A stretch of DNA of 64,000 bases, taken from NCBI GenBank assembly GCA_964187785.1, contig OZ076413.1:47866001-47930000 (forward strand), in the 5' to 3' direction. Numbering within the stretch: the stretch's first letter is position 1; each line of letters opens with the position of its first letter. Position numbers and translations under genes: made by a program. Below the pieces are notes generated by a model, which worked only from the letters and a program-made list of their open reading frames with translations, searched no databases and was not told where the DNA came from. Positions 39,208 to 52,097 of the stretch are shown in pieces. The stretch is from Amphiscolops sp. MND2022. Its lineage: Eukaryota.

Positions 39208-41369
39208 GTGTGTTCAACAAATTCCTTGATTTTGTAGACACCCTTGATTTTGCTTGCTTTTTCACAGCCAAAAGATTGATTCGCCAATTTTCGTGATATT
39301 AGCTACCCTACACAGAATTGTTATTCGAGGGCCTGAAACTTCCAAAGCAGTTTTTGAATTTTGCAGTTGTCTGGTGCTTTTTGTCCTCACATTTTGACAT
39401 AGATTCGCTTAAAGAATTCGAGATTTTAGAGCCCCAGACAGGTTTGTTGATTAACAATTACGTAGTTGACAAAATGAAATGAAAAGCGCTTAGCGTTTGT
39501 TCACTACACAGGGTGGAGGAACTCATGCCATGGATTAAGATTCGGGACTAATCACCATAACTCCAGTCCATTTTTTCCTCCTAAGGAAGCCGGTCCCGAG
39601 GAGGGGGAACCGTCTCTAGGGATGCTCTCCGGCCTGTTCCAGTCTGTTACTGCTGAGAATAGCAGGCATTATGGTTTTTCTCTTCATAACCACCGTCTAG
39701 ACAGCCTTTAAAAACAATGCCAGGGATAAACAGTGTAATTTTCCGTTCCAGGGTGAAATTCCAGGGTGACATGTGAATAAGGTCTAAAATGGGTACTAAG
39801 ATCTAAACTGCGAAAACTAGCGCATGGGCTAGCTAAAAACAGTAGAAACACATCAAAATAAGCACGAATATGGCCAACCACACAGCTACAAGCTTGGGCG
39901 CAGGGACTCCAAGCACCAAAAACGGATAATTAAGCGAAAAGGCGCAATTTTCCGGTTCTTGCTACTTTGGGTAGCATAATGCTGAAAATCGGTAAAAACC
40001 GGATTTTCCTCAAAAAGAGTCTACTTTTGAGTTTTCTCAGCGCATGGGCTTCTACACTCCGTGTTTCCGTTCGGTCGTCTCCGCGGGCGGCTTGCTTCGT
40101 CTTCTGAACTGATTTTTGACAAGTACTTTGGCCAAAGCATGCTCAATTTGTCACGTCAGATTTGAACGAATTTTTGGTTGATTTTTCTGAAAACTCGTTG
40201 TACCACAGGCTTCCGTTACATCCACTCCCCGGGTCTTAGGCATGACGTCCTGTCATGCGGAGACGCTGGAAACATCTCCACATCATTGCAATCCACTGGG
40301 AGTTCAGACTGATGTTTTTTTTGCAAGGGTCCAGTGGCACTGTCATTTTTCACTGATTGGGCAACCTTGAGGTCTTGCTTCTTGCAATCCAGGAACCTGC
40401 ATCGTCCACAAACTGTTGAAACAGAGCTAGCCCTCGAGTTAGAAAAAGTACTCAAAAATGCACCTTGAAATTGATCAAATCCCAAAAAAAGCACCAATTT
40501 GTTAGCACAAGTTTTTTCTTTTTTTGCACCAAATATGAGTAGGATATTTCCTGCACAATGGTTGTTTGGACGTCCAAAATTTCTTTTTCGGAGCCCTCAG
40601 GCTCCAAAACGCACGTGGTTCTCATGGAAAACTTCTTTTCCACGGCAGTAAAAATCCAGTTTCCAGAAAGTTAAAAGATGCTCTCGGTAAAACTTCTTTT
40701 CGGCGGAAAAACCACTATTTAAAAGGAAAACAAGCTGTTTTTTCGATACTTTTTGTTCACAGTTTGGCTTGGTTTGGGCAGCACGCACTGATGTGAACCT
40801 CCATACCTGTAAAGAGTTCAGTAGCATCGGTTAAGCTGCGTATAAGCAAACTACGAACTGCTCGCTAGTGTAAGCACTGGAATGAAGTAGGCCAGAGTAG
40901 ACAAAATCCAGCAATTAGGATATTTGGAGCGCGCGAGCTCCACAACTTTTGAGTGTCACGTTGAATCTAGGAAGAAAAACTGAAAACTTTGGGAAAATTA
41001 TACGCACAAACAAAAATAGCACCTTTTGGGCGAAGCAATACATGTTGAGTTTTAAGAGTTTCTGGGTTACTCATTGAACTAACAGAAGTATTTGAACTCA
41101 AACTTCTCAAACAAAACTAAAAACAAAAATGTCGCGACGTACGTTCACATGACTACTAAAGTTACGAAAAATAGTAGCAGAAAAAACTGCTCCAATAAGA
41201 ACATCACGCTGCAAGGTGTCCGTTACCAAACGTTGTGATACCCTTCGGGCGTTGTCCCATTGAGTTGAAGAGTGCAGGATGTTTTTCCTCAACTGAGGCT
41301 CCCCGGGCCTTAGTTGACTCCCCGGCTCTTAGTCGTTGAGCACCCTCCTTGATATGAGGATAGCAGGAA

Positions 41370-42472
41370 TTAGTCAAAAATAATGCCCAATACCCAAAAT
41401 GCAGAACGATAAATTGGGTCTTGAACACGATCTTGGATAGTCATTCGGCGGGCGGCCTCGCCTATGTCCCTTCGGTTGGTGTGACCATGACAGTAGAAGG
41501 GTTTCCGCAGCTGAGCGTGGTGGACGACTACGACGACGTCCGTCATAAAAAGATAGGAACACTTTTTGCGATGAGTGCTCACAAGAGTGCGCCATGGTCG
41601 ACCACGTCTATGTCCAGCTGGTCGAGTTTTAGCTGAACCACCAGGCAAGCCTTTGACGAAGATTGGTGGGTTTGCCAAAATAATATTCTGCAGACCATGT
41701 TTGGCAGAACGTGGCTCTATAGATTCTTTCAACAAATCCGGCAGCAACTTCGAAATTGATAATTGGGACTTTGATCCAGGGAATTGAGAGTCGCACACCG
41801 AATCCATTGGAGTTGTCGATAGGTGATTTTGAAGAAGGTTTGGTGTTGGTGCTGTTTCAGCTTCCAACACAGCATTGGCAGATAGAATTCTCGTTCCGCA
41901 TTTTGTTGCAGAGCAAGATTTTGGAGTTAAGGGTACCCTCTCCCCCTTCAATGATGAAGTGGAGGGTAAGGTTGTTATCAGTTCATCTTCCGTATCATTT
42001 GTGCAGGGATTGCCCTCGAGCAATCCATAATCAGCAAGGTGATAAATGGGTAACGTATCAGCAATGCCCATGGTTGTAGTGTCCAAAACATTGGGTCTAC
42101 CCCCATATCTTTTGTAGGCGGTGTCATTGGTTCTACTTCGCGGTCGTTTGAAATCTTGATAGTGGCACTTTCGAATTGTACTGCTACACTTATCGACTGC
42201 AATTGCGCTAGCGCTCGAGCTAGCATTTTCTCTCTGCGTAGATCACTTTGTGTCAACAAAATTGATAACTCATCCATCTGCTGCTCAAGGGCCTCTAATT
42301 GTTGGTCCTGTTTCTGATATATCTGAATACTGGTTTCATGGAGAGAAAATCCTTTCGACGACGATACTGAACTAGGACTGGAAGTCTTTATGCTCTTCTC
42401 CGGCTCGGTATCCTGAGAGTTAAATGGCATTGAGTCTAGAAAATCGGAGACAAGTTTGAAACTATCCTCCAA
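41370..42472 (-). pseudogene. Frameshifted ORF of unknown function inside element D
   Basis: Overlapping 164-aa and 238-aa frames; coiled-coil-like QQLEALEQQMDELSILL; S/P/T-rich remainder. Confidence 0.4.
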
Positions 42473-45179
42473 AGGCCAATCTTCAAAGTTCAGATCCTCT
42501 AACTTCGTGGATCAGTCAAGTTCATCTACCATTTGAGATCCACATTCTGTTTTCAAAACGGGTTCAGCGATTGGTGGCGCTGCACTGACACCCTCTTCCC
42601 CCTTGAAAAAGGAACGGAATCGGTCTAGGACCTTCCATAAATTCATTCCAGCTTCAGATAGGTTCAAGCTGCCTGACTAGAACACTTTTTGCACCCAAAA
42701 TAGTCTCAGGGTCACAGTCAAGATGAGTTCTAAGGGTCACAGCGTGCGTTGAGCTGGAAAATTGTGCGCTCGAGCACAATGATGCTGTCGTGTCGGATAT
42801 TGTACACGAAACAAACAGTCGAGCTCTCTTTTGACCTCTCAACCTCAAGCAATTTGTGTGTGTTGCAATCAACCAAAAGTGTTCTCTGCAGAAGTGACCT
42901 GTTAATCGGTGTTTGTTTTACCTGGCATAGCAGGAAAACACTGGATTAGGGCACCAGAGTGGTCAAAAAGGGTTCACACTCGGGCAACTTGGTTAAATTT
43001 TTGTCCCTAGGAGGTGACTCCTCTCAAAATCTCGTGATTTTGGTCAAGTTGGATCCCTCTGGGTAGTTTCAGGAAATTCAAACCCCTGTTTGGGCTCACA
43101 GCGTAACGCCTTGAGACGTTCTCGATGAAAAAATTCAGTCGGAAGTGCGTCGCAATCAATTAAAACCTCCGAATGAGACTTTATCAGAACCAAATTTCGA
43201 AGTTTCAGTGGAGTCAAAATTTATGACCCCTGCCGGCAATATTTTTGAACCGTGGGATTTGCCTCGTATACACCCAGGAAGGCCTACCAGGTCCCTTCTG
43301 TTGGAAAATGAAAACTTTTGGTCTCTGCCTTCCGTACAGAGGGATTACTAAGCTTTTATTTTTTCGTTTTTCCGACGGTTTTTCGGGATTTTGGCCCAAA
43401 AGTGTCTCTGAGCAGTCAAACTCAATTCTATCAGGTGTACTGGGTGAAAAACTGCGCAGCATGTTTGCTCAGTCACACAAGTTGGAAAAATGACTTGACA
43501 AAGCTGATAAATACCTTCAGCTACAAGCTAGAGTCTTTTTAACCAATTTTTTGAAAATTACTCAAGTAGCTCGTACTAAGAGTGGAAACGTAGGATCGGT
43601 CTCAAAATTTAGCCACGCGGTCCCTTGTATAACCAAGGTCACTGCAAAAAGCACCGATGGGGTCTCAGACTATTGGATCAGTTTCAGACACAGTACAGGC
43701 TTTCCGTATCGACGTGTCTCAACTGATACGATTTTTCAGTGTGCAATCAATGACTCTCGTCCACAATGCTGAGCTCTCGAGCTCACTGTCTCAGCAACGG
43801 TGCACCAAACGACACTGACAACAATGGTCCAGAGCAATGTAGTCCCAACATTTCGATGAGGTGCGTCGATAACGCCCAAAAATGGTCCAATTCGTTACAA
43901 TACACAGGATATCACAACTGTAAGTAACAAAATGCTATGTCCCAGCAAAGCAGCACAGTCAATACTGGCAAGGAATCGCACGTATAGCAATGAATTCACG
44001 ACCAAGAGTTCTGACAAGGGGGTTTTCCGCAGGTTTCTAACTCTTATGGCTGGGTTTAACCTCACTTTCCCAATTTTCGTCTCGGTGAAGCCTTAAATCA
44101 AAATCACGATATGCACGTCTCAAGTTGGTCGAAATCACTTCTATGGGTCGGAGCGAGTTCAAATTCACTCACGCAGTTGATACCAACCCTCAAGTCCAGC
44201 AAATGAGTTTAGTTCAGAGTAACACGTTCTCTGAGACAAGCACGCGACGTTTACAACAAATTTTGAACTTTCTCAGAGATTACAAAAAATACACAAGTTG
44301 CTCGGATTCGTCACTCGACAGTCGGATCTGGCTCAAAATTGACCAGGGGCCCTACAGACACGTAGGTACACAATGGTGAACGTCGATTTGGGTTCCGTGA
44401 CCTTTACACACTTTCCCCTGGGTACAGACGTGCGGTACTCCTGTGTATCAGTAGGGGTCAAAATGCATTCTAATCACACAATTTCTGAGCACTGGTTGCA
44501 GTCAGCGGTCTGGTCTTTTCCGCTAGCGGTGTGCCAACCGGTACCAGTTACGTCAGTGAGCGGCAATTTGTTCTTACTCCCCGACTAAGGTATCCGGGTC
44601 TTTCCAAAAAAAAATTTGAAAAAACGGCCTTTTTGAAACCTTTTTTGGACAATACGTTTTTGGTTATTTCTCGATGACTATCGTACCAATCGACACAAAA
44701 CTTGGCACACGTTGCCAGTGGGCACCTACGATGCTGGTTTAATAGTCCAATGGAAGCTCTCGAGCTTACCAGGGACTTCGGGTAGTAGTGGACACAATCG
44801 CAGAAAAAACGGTCTTTTTTGACGCCTTTTTCACAAATCGGCTAGGAGGGTCGACACTACAAATGTTACGGCAGGGTCAGTGGGGTTAACGTGTTGCCGC
44901 AGTGGTCACAGTACTGCCACAAGCCCTCAATTAGCCGTGCCCGTTAGGTATAAGGCACTGTCGGTCCTACAGTTTTAGAAAATTTCGGCTCTTTTAGCTC
45001 GTTCTGATGTCGAAACGTCAGAGAGCTTTTCTCGACTTCGAATGGCGCTAGGTCCACCAAGTTTTTGGTGCGAAAATGCAATCACTTTTTGGCTAGGGTT
45101 CGAGGATTTATGACTCGACCCTAACACTTGGACAGTCCGGTTTAGTGGAAATTTGATCAAATTCAGTGCGTGTTTCCAC

Positions 45180-45716
45180 TTTTCTCAGCACAGAATGGGA
45201 GTTTTTGCACGCGGTTTTCACCACTATGCGTTATTTTTACTATAAAAACAGAAAATGAGAGCGCATAGGCTCTCAGAACTCGAAAACCGTAAGTGCCCTA
45301 GAGGTTTTAATTTTGCACTCTGGCACTCCTGAAACTGACTAAAAATCAAGGTTTTTCAACTTTTCTCAGCACTGAAAAGGAACTTTTGCACGCGGTTTTC
45401 ACCACTATGCGTTATTTTTACTATAAAACAGAAAATGAGAGCACATAGGCTCCCAGAACTCGAAAACACTAAGTGCCCTAGAGGTTTTAATTTTGCACTC
45501 TGGCACTCCTGAAACTGACTAAAAATCAAGGTTTTTCAACTTTTCTCAGCACTGAAAAGGAACTTTCGCACGCAGTTTTCCCCACAATGCGTTATTTTCA
45601 CTATTAAAACAGAAAATGAGAGCGCATAGGCTTCCAGAACTCGAAAACACTAAGTGACCTAGAGGTTTTAATTATGCACTCTGGCACTCCTGAAACTGGC
45701 CAAAAATCAAGGCCTT
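45180..45716. repeat. Three tandem ~180-bp units
   Basis: Units begin TTTTCTCAGCAC at ~45180, 45361 and 45541. Confidence 0.9.
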
Positions 45717-47682
45717 TTTTCGACCTGTAATCACTAAGAAAACGTTACAAACTCTTCTAAATCCTTTTTTTGGTACTGTGGAGTGTGCCCCAACCTAATA
45801 GCAGCATGAAAGAGGCACTTACATCACTATCTAGCCTTCTCCCAGTAGCATTTCATGGTAGTTTTTTGCCAATTTCGCCAAAAACCGAGTTTTTTCATAC
45901 AAAATGCGTCTCAAAAAGGACTCCAACGGCCTTTTTGGTGATTTTTTCATTATGTAACAGTACCCTAGAGGTTTTGAGCTGCTTCCCATCTATTTTTGCA
46001 ACTTCTGTGACAAAAATCTAGAGCGCCTAGGCTCGTACCAAGAAAAACACTCAAAAAAGCCAAAATTGACGTTTTTGCTACTTTTGCACCCAAAATCGGA
46101 CTTTTCTCACTGAAAACGGTTGCAAAAGCACACAATCTAAGTTGCAACAGGGAAAAACTAGCATGAACAAGCGATTCCCCATCAAAAATTACACAATCGA
46201 AAAAAATTTTCATACCATACTCCAAAAAATTGATCCTTCCGGAATGAGGGGTGGTACCTTCGTCGTCTTTTTTCTCAACATCTAGACCAGTTAGAGAGAA
46301 ACGGTTTGAACCGTCGGCAACATCAACACTTGTTCTACTTTTCCACCAAATCCCATCCTTCTATGACGTCCGAAGCAGAAATGGGAGAGGAGTGTCGGGA
46401 ACACTCGTTTCAGCTCATCTATCAGACAGATGGAATATGGCGCATCCATCAATTAAATACCTCCTACATAGCCAAAAACCCTGAAAAGAGCAGTAAAACA
46501 CCTGTTACAACATGCGTAACGGCGTTCTAGCGGTTCGCTTAGCCATTACAAAGGTACCCGCTGATGGGAACGTAAAATTTTAGACCATACCTGTCAACAA
46601 ATACCTGTTATCAAAACATACCATAGGTATTCGGAAAAATCCCGTGAAAGATTGAAAAAATACCAAAATATAACATCATATCATCTACAAAAACATGGAA
46701 AAACTTTGGGTAAACGTCTCCTTCCAGAGCCAAATCGTTCTTGGCGTCAAACACCAGAGGGCCGGGAATTTTAAAACCATGAAGGAAAGCTTCCCAAAGA
46801 CGATCCCTCTGTGGTTGCTAAAAAATGATGTTCCTATGTAATGAAAAGCGCTTAGCGTTTGTTCGCTACACAGGGTGGAGGAACTGATGCCCTGGATTAA
46901 GATTCGGGACTAATCACCATAACTCCAGTCCATTTTTTCCTCCTAAGGAAGCCGGTCCCGAGGAGGGGGAACCGTCTCTAGGGATGCTCTCCGGCCTGTT
47001 CCAGTCTGTTACTGCTGAGAATAGCAGGCATTATGGTTTTTCTCTTCATAACCACCGTCTAGACAGCCTTTAAAAACAATGCCAGGGATAAACAGTGTAA
47101 TTTTCCGTTCCAGGGTGAAATTCCAGGGTGACATGTGAATAAGGTCTAAAATGGGTACTAAGATCTAAACTGCGAAAACTAGCGCATGGGCTAGCTAAAA
47201 ACAGTAGAAACACATCAAAATAAGCACGAATATGGCCAACCACACAGCTACAAGCTGGGGCGCAGGGACTCCAAGCACCAAAAAAGGATAATTAAGCGAA
47301 AAGACGAATTTCTCCGGTTCTTGCTACTTTGGGTAGCATAATGCTGAAAATCGGTAAAAACCGGAGTTAGCACCTCAAAAAGAGTCTATTTATGAGTTTT
47401 CTCAGCACATGGGCTTCTACACTCCGTGTTCCCGTTCGGTCGTCTCCGCGGGCGGCTTGCTTCGTCTTCTGAACTGATTTTTGACAGGTACTTTGGCCAA
47501 TGCATGCTCAATTTGCCACGTCAGATTTGAACGAATTTTGGAAAACTCGTTGTACCACAGGCTTCTGTTACAAAATCTTTCATTTTGAATTCCCCTACCT
47601 GCTTACCATTTCTTTCGATTGGTGTGCGCTGTTTTGATGACATTTGGTCGAAAAGCTCCGCAGAAGCATTTTTGTTTTGGCT

Positions 47683-48134
47683 TTAGACCATAGAGTCGTT
47701 TTCATTGGCTGCAAGGTTTTTTTTAAAATCCTTCAATGAGAGGAAAGTATTCTGTGAAAGTAATATGTCGGAAGGTACGTCTCTGGGAACTATGAACTGT
47801 AAAAACCGACCCAACTTCCGTAACCTTGGAGAGTAAGGCAGGCAGTCTTGAGGGGAACAAACTCTCAATGTAACTATTTTCATCAACAGTGATAAACCAA
47901 TTAGGGCTGTTGACACTGCGAAAAACATTCCTAATATGGAAACCCCTCCCTGTGGCATCATTTCCATGACAACCACTAAATTCACAGACTGGGCTAGGAA
48001 AACAGTTATCCCATATCCCGCTTTTTCACCCGAGGAACAAGGAATCTTGAAGTTGAAAACACATAAGACGTTGATCATGAAACTTGTCATTATGAGATTT
48101 ATGACGAAATGGGCAAATACCGCTACAGGATTGC
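47683..48134 (-). CDS. Cys-loop ligand-gated ion channel (nAChR-like) exon encoding M1-M3, possibly pseudogenised
   Basis: FVINLIMTSFMINVLCVFNFKIPCSSGEKAGYGITVFLAQSVNLVVVMEMMP...VSILGMFF fits M1, the P-x-x-SGEK linker, M2 and M3; acceptor TTTCATAG at 48135. Confidence 0.8.
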
Positions 48135-49900
48135 CTATGAAATCGAGAAAAAAAATCAAAAGTCAAGTGCTTGTTGTTGCACTTTTTTGTGTCATTGGAA
48201 GCTTCAGATGATTTGATCATTTTGTTTCTTAGGTTGCATTGACATAGAAGCAAATGTCAAGGAGGCTAGATTTCTCATGTCATCATTGCGATACACAACC
48301 AACGTCACGGAAGAAAGGATGAACAAGATTTTGGGTACAAACTGGAGACAGAACGAGAGGTCTTGTATTAACCCTTATGACAAAAGACTTGGCCTTGATT
48401 TCACAGAACAACTCAAAAAGTTTTACTCAACTTCTCTTTTGTTTTCTCATTTATGTAGGAGCATTCCTGACTTTCACAAATGAATTTTTTGAAACCGAAC
48501 TTTCTTGACTTTGAGTTGTTTTTGTATCAATTTGTATTTTATATCGAAGCATAACTCAATATAAGTCTTTTTTCAACATTTATTGGAATCTTGATTTGAA
48601 AATGTAGATTACATGCGGTTCCATAGAATGTTCCAAGAATAAGTTCTCAGTACCAGACAGTTGAAATTGCTGTGAGTCTTGAAAAAAGGTCTTTCATTCA
48701 ACGTTTCAAAAGACTTTTCGTTGATGATCATAGTGAAAATCATAGTAAACAAGCCGGGAACGGCATAAGTCGGCGCCATATCTTAGGCTCAAAAATAGCA
48801 AAAAGACTTCAAAGTATTCTTTTACAGTACCTGAAAAACCCAAAAGATGGAACGAATTGGCGCGCTAGAAAAAGGGGACCTTTGAGATTTTTTAACATCT
48901 ATTCTGTTGCAAAATATCAAAAAATTGACGGAGAACCTTTTAGAGACATTATGAGGTGGATAATGGACACATTCAGTAAGGACCACGCAGTCCATTTTTT
49001 ATTTGAACGCCAAATTCTCAAGAAATCAAAATTTGAAAATTACAGAACTGGCTCACTTGACTCTTTATACATATCAAAGCATCCATTCAAAGTAATCCTG
49101 CGGAGGAATTTGAAGAGGAATTCGAAGCTGTTTATTAGGAATTCATGATGTTACAAACTGTTTAAATTTAAAAACTGTTACGAAACATCTGAAATCATTC
49201 AAAAAATTTCAATATGGTTGGTAAGTGCCAAAGATTTCAAGCAAAATTCCACAGGTGAACGACGCCGTTCGATAAGCTTTCAATTTCAACAAGCCGGGAA
49301 CGATATAAGTCGGCGCCCTGCTTGCTTAGGGCTCAAAAATAGAGAAATGACTTCAACGCGTCAAGTAATCTCGTCCGAAAAACCCGAAGTTTGTTTTTTT
49401 CAACATCCATTCTGTGCAAAAAATTTTAAAAATTGAAAGGGGGACCCTTTGGAGAAAAAAATTCGATAAAAAAGTTTCACAATGCCGAAACAAACTTAAA
49501 GAAAGGACCTTTTAGTCTCCCACGGTATTGCATTTCCTGGAAAAAGGAATAGTTCAATTTGACACCTTAAAACTTTGTAGAACTTTCTAGAATTATTTTG
49601 GTCAGTTCGGGTGGATTGAAAACGAGAGTCACTATTATAGTCACGTTTCACTCAAAGAAGCGCCGAGTAAAAATGGAGGCAAACATTTGTCCAATGGAGC
49701 CAAAAAAAGCAAGACGACTGTTGAGCAGCAGGCTATTATTAGTCAGCGCATTTTAGTAGAAACAGCGCACGACTAATATAGTGACAAGTTTTTTCCTTTT
49801 TGTCAGATCTCACACTGAATGGTTCACTATTGTGTACAATATTCGCCAGACACACCTGCGGCGACCATGGCCAGGCACGCTACATCCGAATTTTTGACGT

Positions 49901-50819
49901 CCCAGGTTTTCAATCTTTGCGAATCTGTAAAGATCTGCAGGATTTTTCTGCAGGGTTCTGCAAAGATCGTTGCACTGAATCTTGAAGATCCATACAGATC
50001 TGCAAGATCTTTACAGAAGTGTGCAGATTTTCTTTAAAGATTTTTGCAGAAATGGGGTTTTCTGCAGCGTTTACGTTTTCATTCTGGATTCATTGTGATA
50101 GCCTGTACATTTTCTTTGTGTTCGCTTTTCTCAACTCAAGTGAAAAAAAATGAGGAGGAATACTGTTCTTTGGTGAAATATTCAAAACAAAATCAAGAAA
50201 GACGAAACTATACAGAATGAAAAATTCAGTTTTGGAACAGTGGGCTGTATTGAAGAAAAGATGTCACTAATTCGATGACATTGAAGGATGCCACTCCAAA
50301 AATGAAGCTTCCGACAGTTTGAAAAGCCCAGAAATTGAACAGCGCCAGCTTCCAAGATTGCTTCGTATCAGCTGCCAGATGCTAACACAATGGAACTAAA
50401 CTTTCTGAAACATAACAGGAGACATTCAATGATTGACGATGACGTTGACCTAATTGGGTTACAAAATGGAAACAAAGTAAAAACCTATAGTAAAGCTTCG
50501 TTCGATAGTTTCCAAAACTGAAACATTGTCATAATTGAGACTTTTCTCCAGTTTCGATTTTTTTATTCAGTTGACATCGCTGTGGGGTAAAATGTTTTTA
50601 TTGTGTTTCTGAGTTTGTCCTTTTTTCGAATCTGCACTGTTCTGCAAAGATCTGCAAAATTCCTGCAGATCTGCACTGTTCTGCAAAGATCTGCAAAATT
50701 CCTGCAGATCTGCACGTATCTGCAAAGATCTGTAGAAATCCTGCAGATCTGCACATATCTGCAAAGATCTGCAAAAATCCTGCAGATCTTTACAGATTTG
50801 CAAAGATCGAAAACCTGGG
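49901..50819. mobile_element. Non-autonomous DNA transposon, CCC termini, 2-bp TSD, ~39-bp CTGCAG/AGATCT subterminal repeats
   Basis: ~45-bp TIR CCCAGGTTTTC(A/G)ATCTTTGC(G/A)AATCTGTAAAGATCTGCAGG; GT on both flanks. Confidence 0.85.
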
Positions 50820-52097
50820 GTGATATCCGATCGGATACTTCGAAGTACGTTGAATTGCACTGAAGAAGTGGAGGATGAAAGAAGATGGCATTCCCATTTG
50901 TCACAGCACAGCACGTTATCTCCCTAACTTTTGAGGTTACATTCGAAGTAAGTGGACGTTTCAAAGAGGAGGTGAAGGTTCAAAAATGTTGCGCTATATC
51001 CAAATTTTTTAACGTTAGGGCACCGACTAGTGACGGCCTGCCTTTTTGGCACGAACTGTTCTAGCGACGCCATAAGTTTACCACTCCAGGATGGCCAATG
51101 AACTATGAAAATGCAAAGAAGTTTAAACACATGAAGGGTTTCAATTTTTTCGATTCAACTATCATTTTGGAAGAGGACACATAAATTAAATGCAAGCTAA
51201 GTACCTCAGAGCTTTGTTGTTGGACTCTGTGGATACTAATACACACGTAAACTTTCGAAACAATGCAATCCAAAAGCCAGCCAAAAAGAGTCGGATGTTG
51301 AGAAATGAAAATCTTTTCCGCAAATACACACGGACAGTGACGAGCTCATTGAAGATTTTTGAAGTTTCAGCACTTCCATCTCCTGATAGCAAGCCACGTT
51401 GTCAGATAGAATTCAGATTGAAAACGCGCAAACAGAGGCCTAAAACTCTAAACATTCAACCACACCCCTCGAAAGATGAATTTTTGGTTCCTTGACTACG
51501 GCCTGCGATTGTACTATTTACCAAGTCTCTTCAGATGGTGACCATTCAAGTCAGCCCCTGGTGTACTACCACTGTAAAAAAACTTAACATTCCTACCTTA
51601 CACTCTTCATGATCATTTTGTATGTTTTCATCCTCACTCATGTTGAATTATGCTTATTTAATCGAGATTTTCCCATTTTGTTGCCACTTTTGGTCTAGGG
51701 TCAAAATAAACGCATCTTACCAGAAGTACCATTTTTATTTACTCATTGTCTTAATGTTGCTTTCATGATTATATACGAATACGTTCTGAACTAATACTTC
51801 TTCAAAATATTTGAATGATGAATTGTCAATATAAGTTTATTGTATTATGCAACTGGTAACTGGCGTAAATAAGGAAACGGGTTCAATAGAGCTAACGCTA
51901 ATAGCTGGTTCTAACGATTGAGGAAGCCAAATGGACGTTAGGTCCAATATGCTATTACAGTAGCTGTCAAATATGAGAGGTATTGAGAACATCAAGTTTT
52001 GTTGCCACGTGAACATTTATGTTATCTTGAGTTTTGACATTATTAGGTTCAGCGTTGCCGCTTTTTTAAGCCTGATTGTGTAATGTGACGTAATGTT

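Larger units (their letters stand above)
39475..47572 (-). mobile_element. Element D: 8.1-kb non-autonomous LTR element (LARD-like) without gag/pol motifs
   Basis: Near-identical repeats 39475-40220 and 46837-47572 (TG...TTACA); GGGGAGTGGA purine tract on the minus strand next to the left LTR; AAA(T) duplication at the junctions. Confidence 0.85.

Noticed and set aside
50563..50964. Cys-rich repeat ORFs (ADLCR..QICR)
   Set aside because: Produced by 39-bp subterminal repeats of a MITE on both strands.
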